DNA of 64,000 nt from Aeoliella sp. (GTDB lineage Bacteria; Planctomycetota; Planctomycetia; Pirellulales; Lacipirellulaceae). The stretch lies in assembly GCF_965227375.1 (NCBI RefSeq), contig NZ_CBDDFX010000002.1, positions 1,911,537 through 1,975,536 of the forward strand, in the 5' to 3' direction. Positions 18,953-28,300 of the stretch are shown here, piece by piece (positions within the stretch are counted from its first letter, which is position 1; the number at the start of each line of letters is the position of its first letter). The position numbers and the translations under genes were made by a program. Below the pieces are notes generated by a model. The model was not told where the DNA came from and did not search any database. It saw only the letters and a list, made by a program, of their open reading frames with translations.

Positions 18953-20599
18953 CTACTCTTGTGCCTCCGCCGGATTCCTAAGCTCCTCGTCTATGGGTAG
19001 CTCTTCGTCGTCGGGCGCGGGAGCATCGATTGGTTCGCCTTCGGGCGGATTCTCCGGCTGCAAGGCAACAGGAATTGGCTGCGTTAAGTAGGGAGAAGGC
19101 CACCCACCGCCGAGAGCACGGTAGATGGCAACCACACCTTGGGCCACTTCGCCCTTGGCGGCCGCGGCCGAGAGTTCCTGCTGAGTCTTGGTGTTCTGCA
19201 CATTGAACACGCGGTTAAAGTCCCTCTCATCGCCAATTTCGTACTTCTCCGTGATCAAGCGGTTGGTGATGTCTGCAGCCTCCGCGGCCTCGAGTTGCAA
19301 CTTGAACTGCTCTTGCGACTTCAAAAACTGAACAATGGCATTTTCGGCTTCTAAGTTCGCCAGCAGCACCGTCTCGCGGTATGCGAAGAGCAACTCCTGG
19401 AACCTCGCGTCTTGCAGGCGGACATTATTGAGAAGGCGACCGTAGTTCAAGATGTTCCATTCGAGCGATGGCCCTACGGATCCGAATCCCGAACCGCTAC
19501 GGAACAAGTCCTTAAATTGGCCGGCGCTCCGTCCGACGGTCCCCGTCAACGTGATGTGGGGATAGAGTTCCGACTCCGCGACTCCGATCAACGCACTTTG
19601 CGCTGCGAGTTGCCGCTCCGAACGACGCACGTCGGGGCGTTGCAAAAGTGTTGCGGCTGGAATACCGAGGACGATGTCCGGCTCTACGTCTGGTATCTTC
19701 CCCTCTCCGAGAGTCTCCTCCAGGTCCTCAGGGGGGATTCCCAGAAGGATGCAGAGTTGATTCTCGGTTTGTCGCAAGAAGATCTCTAACTGGGGAATCA
19801 AGGCTTGAGTTTGCACCAAGCTCGACTTCGCCTGTTGGACGTCTACGTCACTCGACTCCCCGGCTTCGAGTCGGAATACCGTGAGGTCGTAGGTCTTTCG
19901 CTGGTTCTCGACGTTCTGTTTGGCGAGTTCCAGGCGTACCTGCAAGGTGCGGATGTCGATGTACGTTGCCGCGACGTCGGCGATTAGCGTGACCACCACG
20001 TCGCCATAGTCGTAGATCGAGGCATCCAGGTCCGCGTCGGCAGCTTCGATGGCTCGTCGGTAGCGGCCCCAGAAATCGATCTCCCACGCCAGGCCAAACG
20101 AGCCTCGCCAAACGCTGAAGTGGCGGTCGCCGATTCCCGTCCTCAGATTGTGCGAGTACGCTGCCGCGAAGTCTTGCTGCTGAGGGAACAGTTCTCCCAC
20201 TGTAATAGCGCGAATCGCTCGCGCCTGCATGATCCTCGCCCCGGCTTGCCGCACGGTGAGATTCTGCCCGTAGGCATCGGTGATCAGTTGATTGAGCACC
20301 GGGTCGTTGAACGTGGTCCACCAAGCGGCGGCTTCCACCGGGTCGTCAATCACCCGTTTGTCGTCGGCGTCGATCCAGTCCTGTGCTACCGGCACAGCGG
20401 GAGTACAGTAATTGGGGCCCACTTTGCAGCCGTTGGCAAACCACTGCCGCGGACTTGTGCATCCCTGCAGAAGCAGGACAACGCAAGCAACCACCGCCAC
20501 GGCTTGAGCTCGCCCGCCGCAGGGGAATTGGCCTCTGTGAGATGCCCTGGTCATTTGCATTGAATATCCGCTACTTGCAGCACGGTCGGTAAACCCCAT
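18953..20599 (-). CDS. Efflux transporter outer membrane factor lipoprotein (NodT/TolC family)
   Basis: Signal peptide with lipobox (LLLQGCTS). Two repeated alpha-helical/beta-barrel halves with characteristic coiled-coil segments of outer membrane factor proteins. Divergent to the RND adaptor gene. Confidence 0.85.
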   Translation of the reverse strand: MGFTDRAASSGYSMQMTRASHRGQFPCGGRAQAVAVVACVVLLLQGCTSPRQWFANGCKVGPNYCTPAVPVAQDWIDADDKRVIDDPVEAAAWWTTFNDPVLNQLITDAYGQNLTVRQAGARIMQARAIRAITVGELFPQQQDFAAAYSHNLRTGIGDRHFSVWRGSFGLAWEIDFWGRYRRAIEAADADLDASIYDYGDVVVTLIADVAATYIDIRTLQVRLELAKQNVENQRKTYDLTVFRLEAGESSDVDVQQAKSSLVQTQALIPQLEIFLRQTENQLCILLGIPPEDLEETLGEGKIPDVEPDIVLGIPAATLLQRPDVRRSERQLAAQSALIGVAESELYPHITLTGTVGRSAGQFKDLFRSGSGFGSVGPSLEWNILNYGRLLNNVRLQDARFQELLFAYRETVLLANLEAENAIVQFLKSQEQFKLQLEAAEAADITNRLITEKYEIGDERDFNRVFNVQNTKTQQELSAAAAKGEVAQGVVAIYRALGGGWPSPYLTQPIPVALQPENPPEGEPIDAPAPDDEELPIDEELRNPAEAQE

Positions 20600-20875
20600 T
20601 TTTTCCTTCTCATCGTTGATTCTGCTTCCAGTCCTACAATTTGTTCTGCTAGACTAGAAAGGCTTAACATCCCGGCGGATCCACGCCCGGCTAGAGCTTT
20701 CCTGACCATTAAAAGCGGTAAAGTCTACCGGGAGGCGCGCCAGCGAGCCGGCACCTCGCCGCATCCGTCGGGGTTTAAGTGGTCCCCAGGCCACGTGAGC
20801 ATGACCAGCTTGCGGTTGTCTGCAACCACTCCCACCTTACATTCCCTCCCTTACCGGCCGCCCCGGCCCTGACGC

Positions 20876-22120
20876 ATGACGACGTCCTCCCATAGATCCA
20901 CGCACTTGGCCGGCCTGCTGCTCAGGCTTGCGCTTCCGTGCGTGATTCTTGCGGCAGGATGGTACGGGTTCACCCTCCTGTCTTCAGGAGTGGAAAAGGA
21001 ACCCGAGCCAGAGAAGAAGCGCCAGGTGTTACGGACCAGGGTCCAGGACTTGGAAGTTAGCGACTACCCGGTCGTCATCAGGACGAACGCAGTGGTGCAA
21101 GCGCACAACGAAGTGACGCTCTCCTCTCAAGTGACAGGCAGAGTGGTGCGGGTGAGCCCATCGTTCGAGGCAGGAGCCTACTTCGACGAGGGGGAAGTGC
21201 TTGTCGAAATCGATCCGCGTGACTTTGAGAACGCCCTGTCCATTGCAAAATCGGAGCTGTCGGCCGCGAACTCAACGCTCACGCTAGCTAAGTTGGTCGA
21301 GGAGCGCAAGCTGAAGCTCGTCAAATCGAATGCAGTGTCTCAAGGCGAGGTGGACGCCGCCACGGCGAGCCGCGAGCAAGCCGAAGCCAACGTCGAACTA
21401 GCGGCGAGTCGCGTTGAACAAGCCAAGCTGCAGCTTCAGCGAACCAAGATAAAGGCCCCGTTTGATGGACGGGTGAATACGAAGCTGATCGGACTGGGCC
21501 AAGTGGCGGGAGCGAACAATCCTCTCGGCGAAGTATTTGCCATCGACTATGTGGAAGTGAGGCTTCCCATATCGGGCCAGCAGAGGGACTTTCTTGAGTT
21601 GCCCGAGTTCGCCGACGACGAGCCACTCGAAGTGACGCTGCGAGATGGAATACGCCAAGCGAGCGACACCATCTGGAAAGGCAGGATTGTGCGCACCGAG
21701 GGCGTGCTTGACGAGAATTCTCGCGATCTGTTTGCAATCGCCCGCGTCGACGATCCGTTTGGACGCAAGACGGATATGCCGCCGCTGCGAATCGGCCAGC
21801 CAGTGATCGCTTCGATTCAAGGCACAACCCTCAAGGACGTCATGGCGCTTCCTCGAGCAGCTGTTCGCCAACTGGACCGTATTGTGCTGGTCGACCCCAA
21901 GGATCAGACATTGCGGCCGATGAGTGTACAGGCCGTGTGGTCCGACGCCGAGCACGTGGTTGTGAGGGCGTCTGCCATTCCGCGCGGCATGTGGCTGGCG
22001 ACCACGACCTTGGCCTATTCACCGGAGGGCGCAAAGGTCGAGATCATTCCCGAGCCTGGTGCAAGCGAGGCGATTGCCGAGACGAACGCCAAAGGCGATG
22101 ACCAGAAAGCCACAAACTAA
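20876..22120 (+). CDS. Efflux RND transporter periplasmic adaptor subunit (membrane fusion protein)
   Basis: N-terminal transmembrane anchor, coiled-coil hairpin (ELSAANSTLTLAKLVEERKLKL...VELAASRVEQAKLQLQRTKIKAPFDG) and a barrel-sandwich/lipoyl-like motif (KAPFDGRVN), typical of HlyD/AcrA-family adaptors. Confidence 0.85.
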   Translation: MTTSSHRSTHLAGLLLRLALPCVILAAGWYGFTLLSSGVEKEPEPEKKRQVLRTRVQDLEVSDYPVVIRTNAVVQAHNEVTLSSQVTGRVVRVSPSFEAGAYFDEGEVLVEIDPRDFENALSIAKSELSAANSTLTLAKLVEERKLKLVKSNAVSQGEVDAATASREQAEANVELAASRVEQAKLQLQRTKIKAPFDGRVNTKLIGLGQVAGANNPLGEVFAIDYVEVRLPISGQQRDFLELPEFADDEPLEVTLRDGIRQASDTIWKGRIVRTEGVLDENSRDLFAIARVDDPFGRKTDMPPLRIGQPVIASIQGTTLKDVMALPRAAVRQLDRIVLVDPKDQTLRPMSVQAVWSDAEHVVVRASAIPRGMWLATTTLAYSPEGAKVEIIPEPGASEAIAETNAKGDDQKATN

Positions 22121-22129
22121 ACACTTCTT

Positions 22130-25100
22130 ATGATCCGATGGTTTGCAACTAACGGCATCGCTGCCAACTTCTTGATGCTTGCCATCTTGATCGCAGGTGT
22201 CTACACGGCGTGGTTTCGCCTGCCGCTGGAGGTATCTCCCGAACGCAGCTTCGAAACGGTGGTCGTCGAGATGACTTACCGTGGCGGGACCGCCAAAGAC
22301 ATCGAGCAGGCGATCCTCATCCCCATCGAAGAAGCCCTCGAAGGCGTCGAGGGAATTAAAGACATCCACGCCGACGGCCATCGAGGCGAAGCCCGCATGT
22401 TCATCGATGCCACTTCCGGCACCGACTTGCGGGAACTGATGGACGATATCGTGGCGCGGATCGACACGATTACAACCTTTCCGGACGAGACAGAAAGCCC
22501 ACGCGTTGTCATTCCCGATTCGTCCAATTGGTGGGAAGTGCTGAGCATCGCGGTAACCGGCGATCTCACTCCTCATGAGCTTCGGGAAGTTGCCCGCAGT
22601 GTGCAAGAGGACGTCCTCGCACTTCCTGGCATCAGCCGTGCCAAGGTGCAAGGAGATCGGCGGTACGAAATCAGCGTAGAGGTCGATTCAACCAAGCTGC
22701 TTTCCTACGGATTGAGTTTTCAGGACCTCTCGGATGCGATTCGGCAGTTCTCGATTGACCTGCCGGCGGGATCAATCGATAGCGACAGCGGCACTTTCAT
22801 CGTTCGCACACGTGGCCAGGCCTACTCCGAGCGGGAGTTCAGCAAGGTGCCCATTCGAGCGGCCAATGGGGCGGACGTCTTGCTTGGAGAAGTTGCCACC
22901 ATCACCGATGGCTTCGAAGAAGGCGAGAAGACCGTCGAATTCAACGGTCGCCCTGCGCTGTTTGTCGAAGTGATGCGGACCGGCAAGGAGAACGCCATCG
23001 ATATATCGGATAAGGTGCACGAATACGTCCGCAACGCACAGTCGCGTTTTCCGGAAGGAATCGAACTGTTCGTTTGGGACGACGAGTCGGTCGAGATTCG
23101 AGGTCGCCTGTCGACGCTCATCCAGTCGTTGCTTCAAGGAAGCATTCTGGTAATGCTGCTGCTGGGCTTGTTCCTTCGCCCCGGGCTGGCGTTTTGGATT
23201 GTCGCTGGAATCCCCGTCGGCTTCGCCGGTGGGGTGATGCTGATGCCCTGGTTTGGTGTCACAGCGAACGTAATGAGCTTGTTCGGGTTTATCATCGTGG
23301 TAGGCATCGTTGTTGATGACGCCATCGTGACTGGCGAGAACGTCTATCTGAAGATGAAGGAAGGGATGCCTCCGCTCGATGCCGCCGTCAAAGGAACGCA
23401 CGAAGTGGCGATCCCGGTTACGTTTGGCGCGCTGACTACCATGGTGGCGTTCATTCCATTGCTGTTCTTCGATGGAAGTTGGGGTGACTTCGCGTCGCAG
23501 GTGCCGCCGGTGGTCGCTCCCGTTCTGCTTTTTTCCCTGGTCGAGTCGAAACTGATCCTGCCAGCTCACCTCAAGCACCTGCGACCCGTTCCGCGGAATA
23601 ACCCGTTCACCAGGTTTCAGACTTCCGTGGCGCAAAGTCTCGAGTACTTTGTCGATCGAATCTACCGACCTTGCCTCGAGAAGGCGGTTCACTATCGGTA
23701 CTCGGTAATGGCGGGCTTTGTTGCCATGGTAATGTTGATGGCGGGGTACTGTCTGAGTGGGCGGATGGAGTTCATTGCTTACCCATCGGTCGACAAACGC
23801 CGCATTTCCGCCGAACTGGACATGCCGGATGATACGCCGCTGGAGGTCACGGAGCGCTACATGGAGCGGATCGAGTCGGCGCTGTTGCAACTTCAGCAGG
23901 AGTACGTCGATCCGAGCGGCAAATCGTTGGTGCAAGATATTTCGACGCTGGTAGGCGCTGCACGAATTCATCGCGACTTCGACAAGACGCGCGGAGCAAT
24001 CTCGTTCGAGGTGTTGTCACCTTCCCACCGAACCGCGCCTGGACCACGGAACAGCGAGCTGGCTACCCGTTGGACGGAACTGGTCGGGCCAATTCCCGAA
24101 GCGACGGAGTTTCAGATTCGCGCCGATTCGAGTATCAACCGCGACCGACATGTCGACAACGAGAATCTCAACATCGAGTTGCGGGGACCAATGTCGCCGG
24201 AAAAGGCCGAGGTGGCGCGTGAGATTCGAAGTTTGCTACGAACGTACGATGAGTTCAGTTCCACTTGGGCGAATATTAACTACGGACAAGACGAACTGGA
24301 GTTGCGGCTAAAGCCGCTGGCGGCCGAACTGGGATTGACCCAGCAGTTGCTAGCGCAGCAGGTACGGCACGCCTTCTTCGGCGAAGAAGCGCAGCGCGTG
24401 CAGCGCGGCATTGATGATATACGCGTCATGGTTCGGCTGCCACGCGAGCAACGCGAGTCGCTGCACACGCTCGACCAAATGCGGGTGCGCACCCCGCGCG
24501 GTGCAAATGTCCCACTTTCGGCGGTGGCGGAGATCTCGTTCGCCAAGGCGCCGTCCTCGGTCGATCGAAAGAATGGGAAGGAAGTCCTTCGCATCGGCGC
24601 CCGACCGGCTAACGAGACCGTCGATGTGCTGGGAATCGCCAAAGAACTGGATCCCAAGATTGAGCAACTATGTCGCGAGCACAATCTCACCTACGAATAC
24701 GTAGGATACGTTGCAGAAGCGGAGGACACCCGGCGAAGCACGATCATTGGTTCCTGCTTGCTGGCGTTCACCTTGTATGGCTTGCTCGCCATCGCGCTAA
24801 AGTCGTTGACTCAACCATTCTTCGTGTTGCTGGCGGTTCCATTTGCTACCGTTGGCGCCCTGTTAGGGCACATCATCTTGGATATTACACCATCCTACCT
24901 TTCGGTGTTTGGAATCCTCGCTTTAGCAGGCGTGGCGGTCAACGATACGTTGGTGATGATCGACTACGTTAACCATCGCCGCGCCGAAGGAGCAAGCATG
25001 CGGGAAGCGGCGTTGCAAGCCGGTGCGAGACGTTTTCGACCGATCATGCTCACGTCGGTTACCACGTTCGTCGGGTTGGTGCCGCTGCTCATGGATAAGT

Positions 25101-25297
25101 CGCTGCAGGCGCAGTTCTTGATTCCGATGGCGGCGTCGCTTGCCTACGGAGTACTATTCGCCACACTCGTTTCGCTATTCCTCACTCCCTGCGCCCTGAT
25201 CGCAGCCGAAGATGGCGGAAGCTGGATAGCTGCTGCAAGGCGGTGGTACGTTCGCCCCTTTGCATCAGGTACGTCGCAAGCGAAGCAGCAGGCTTAG
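22130..25297 (+). CDS. Efflux RND transporter permease subunit (AcrB/CzcA superfamily)
   Basis: 1055 aa, with 12-TM topology and two large periplasmic loops. Conserved RND segments (GIVVDDAIV, AGVAVNDTLVMIDY). Confidence 0.95.
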   Translation: MIRWFATNGIAANFLMLAILIAGVYTAWFRLPLEVSPERSFETVVVEMTYRGGTAKDIEQAILIPIEEALEGVEGIKDIHADGHRGEARMFIDATSGTDLRELMDDIVARIDTITTFPDETESPRVVIPDSSNWWEVLSIAVTGDLTPHELREVARSVQEDVLALPGISRAKVQGDRRYEISVEVDSTKLLSYGLSFQDLSDAIRQFSIDLPAGSIDSDSGTFIVRTRGQAYSEREFSKVPIRAANGADVLLGEVATITDGFEEGEKTVEFNGRPALFVEVMRTGKENAIDISDKVHEYVRNAQSRFPEGIELFVWDDESVEIRGRLSTLIQSLLQGSILVMLLLGLFLRPGLAFWIVAGIPVGFAGGVMLMPWFGVTANVMSLFGFIIVVGIVVDDAIVTGENVYLKMKEGMPPLDAAVKGTHEVAIPVTFGALTTMVAFIPLLFFDGSWGDFASQVPPVVAPVLLFSLVESKLILPAHLKHLRPVPRNNPFTRFQTSVAQSLEYFVDRIYRPCLEKAVHYRYSVMAGFVAMVMLMAGYCLSGRMEFIAYPSVDKRRISAELDMPDDTPLEVTERYMERIESALLQLQQEYVDPSGKSLVQDISTLVGAARIHRDFDKTRGAISFEVLSPSHRTAPGPRNSELATRWTELVGPIPEATEFQIRADSSINRDRHVDNENLNIELRGPMSPEKAEVAREIRSLLRTYDEFSSTWANINYGQDELELRLKPLAAELGLTQQLLAQQVRHAFFGEEAQRVQRGIDDIRVMVRLPREQRESLHTLDQMRVRTPRGANVPLSAVAEISFAKAPSSVDRKNGKEVLRIGARPANETVDVLGIAKELDPKIEQLCREHNLTYEYVGYVAEAEDTRRSTIIGSCLLAFTLYGLLAIALKSLTQPFFVLLAVPFATVGALLGHIILDITPSYLSVFGILALAGVAVNDTLVMIDYVNHRRAEGASMREAALQAGARRFRPIMLTSVTTFVGLVPLLMDKSLQAQFLIPMAASLAYGVLFATLVSLFLTPCALIAAEDGGSWIAAARRWYVRPFASGTSQAKQQA

Positions 25298-25358
25298 AGC
25301 AGGACGGGTGGTTGGTTCCACACCAAGTCGCTGGTGACACATTACTCACTCCGCCGAC

Positions 25359-28300
25359 CTAGGATTTCGACCGCCCTTTGCTTTGCTTCTTGCGGGCGTC
25401 GTACAGTTCGTTCAGGAGTGCGGTGGTGTGCTCGAGAGACTGCTGGAAAGTGTCTTTGAGTTCCTCGAAGCTCTTTGAGTTCTTTTCCGTAGAGATTAGC
25501 AGCGGAGCGATGGAGTCCTTCATTAACTCGAATTGACTTTCGATCACTCCTAGAATCGACTTGGGAACCCGATGGCTGACAGACACGCGAGTTGGCTGCG
25601 ATGGGTCGATCGGAAGGGTGCCGCTCGTTAGCTCGCTAAGCTCGCCAGCAAGCTCCTGCATGGCTTGGATGGCTGCAGCTACGGTAGCGTCGTCGGCGCC
25701 CGCGGGCTTGCGAGCTTCGCTTGCAAGTTGTTTCTTGCTCGTGTCGTGGAGCTTCTTCAAGCCCCGTTCGATGGCATCTTGAATGCTGGCCAGCCCCGAC
25801 CCTACTTCCGATATTCGTTCAACCAGCAGCGACGCCCGCTCCTGCTCAGACTCAATGCGCCGGTTCTCTTGCTCCTGCGCATGTTCGAGCAATCTGTCAT
25901 TGCTCTTGTTCTCGGCTATCACCTCGGCGTTCTCGGCCAAGGCGGTTTTGATAGCGTACAACCCTTCATTAAACGATCGCAACTGTCCCACAACCTGCCC
26001 GATGGGATCTCCTTGGTCGATGCCTTTCATCTTCACGTTTTCGCTAAACGTCCGCTTAATGCTCTCCCATCGCGCGGCCTCGTCGGCGGTGAGTATTCCG
26101 AGTAACTCTCGAAGCTTGAGCAGATTCGATTCCGTATCGGACGTGAGTGTCTGGGCGTCGTTTTCGTAGCTGGAAAGGATTAGCGATTGAAGTTCGGCAT
26201 CGTTCATGATCGGCACTACCTTCTCGGCAATTCGATTCATGTTTCGATACGACCCCTGCAACTTGAAAGGCGGCTCGGTGCGGTAGTCGTCCGACTGGGC
26301 CGCTGAAGCGACGTACTGGCGATTGACCTTGAGAATGACGTCGCGGACCGTCATCAGCTTTCGGAGTGTGGATACAAACTCCTCCACTTCGACAGAAGAG
26401 TAGCTGCCTTCGAACTCTACCCCCTCGCGCTCATCCGTTTCTGCAATCTTGAGGAACGCATACACGTCCTTTTGGCTTCGGCTGGCGAGTCGACTAAGCG
26501 TGGGATTGCTCGTAAGGCAGTTCTCCAGATAGCTCATCTCAAACGCTTTGGCCGAGTCGCCAATGATCTCGCCCAAGTTGTAGATGTCTGCTCGGTTAGA
26601 GAGCATGTCTGGAATCTGGAAACGCTCACCACTTTCGGTGTAGGGGTTTCCGGCCATGACCACTACCACTTTGCGGCCGCGAAGATCGTAGGTTCGAGTG
26701 TGTCCTTTGTAGACGCCCTCGATCTTGCGAGTAGCATCGCAAAGCGAGATGAAACGCTGCAAGAACTCCGGGTTGCAGTGCTGAATGTCGTCAAGATAGA
26801 TCATCACGTTGTCTCCCATTTCGAGAGACAAGTTGAGCTTCTCTACTTCTTCGCGGGCTGCGGCATTGGACGCTTCGGAAGGGTCGAGCGACGTGACCTG
26901 ATGGCCGATTGCCGGCCCATTGATCTTCATGAAGATGATGCCTAGCCGGTTGGCCAGGTATTCCATCAGGGTCGTCTTGCCGTACCCTGGTGGCGAAACC
27001 AATAGCAACAGCCCCATTCGGTCGGTTCGCTTTGACTCACCGGCGGAGCCAATCTGCTTAGCCAGATTATCTCCAATAAGCGGCAAGTAAACGGTGTCGA
27101 TCAACTTGTTTCGCACAAAAGAGGTCAGCACTCGTGGCTTGAACTCGTCGAGTCGCATCTCTTTCCTCGCCGCATCCACTAGTTCGGCCTTGCGGTGTTG
27201 AAAGGCGGTGTACCGAGGAACCGCTTCGGCGACAAACTTGTCCAGTTTGGCCATAAAATGGTTGAAGTGAAGAGCGTAGTTTCCCGACTTGATAGTCGGG
27301 TGAACGCCAAGCAATCCAGAAAGGTCGGCCGTCACCTGGCCATCGACGATCACTTGGCCATCAACCACCGACTGACCTTCCACGCCGGCAGTTGCGAGAT
27401 TGTCCGCTTGCATCAATGCGGCCGCAATCTCATCACGATATTCTGCAGGCGTGTCTGTTGTGGGTAAGAATGCCTCGACCCAGCCGCGAATCAACTGAAA
27501 CCGAGCCGCCGGGTTGTCGGACAGAGGTTCGATGCTGTGGGCGTATTGGTTATCGAAACTGCTGTGACGCAGCAGGCGGCCAAACGCGTCGCAGGCGTCC
27601 GCGGCAACACGACTTACGCAGAACGACCCAAAGGGCCGGCCGTCGGACGGACGGGCCAATTCGGCAAACAGGTACCTGGCCGCCTCGTCTACTAGCGAAG
27701 CATCGAAAAGCCCCTTCGCATCCACAAAAGAGCTTAGTTGCTGTCGCAACGCCTCAGTGTACAGATACTGTTGAGTGGCATTGGGAAAGACCTGTTCGAT
27801 CAACGCCACCCCCTGGAGTCGAGCTGCCATGAGCGCCCGCTCCTCTTGATCCATGAAATGCTCCCAGAACACGCGAGCACATGCCCTCGCCTGCGTCTGA
27901 AAGCAAAGCAATCCAATCCGGTCGTTCATCTTCAACAGTTCGTGAAGCATGAGGCTAGCGTCATGGTCGGTAACGCCCTTCACGTACGACTCTTGATACC
28001 GTGGCCCCATAAACTGCTGAACGCTCTTCGCACGCTCGACTTCTGTTGCGTGCTGGAAGCTTGTGCGAAGCTCTTGGTTCGCCTGAAGGTGCTCGAACAT
28101 CAGGCGGGCCAAGTACTCGCCCCGGTAGACTTCGTCGTTCTCCGACACGACCTCTTGTGCCCACACTTCGCGAGCGGCTTCCAATTGCTCGTCAACCAGC
28201 GGCTCAAAGAAGTTCGTGCCCGTCAAGTGCAAGGTGATGTTTTCGTCCCTTAGAACGGTAGTCAGGTCGAGCGCCTGCACGTTCACCGTAAATTGATGGG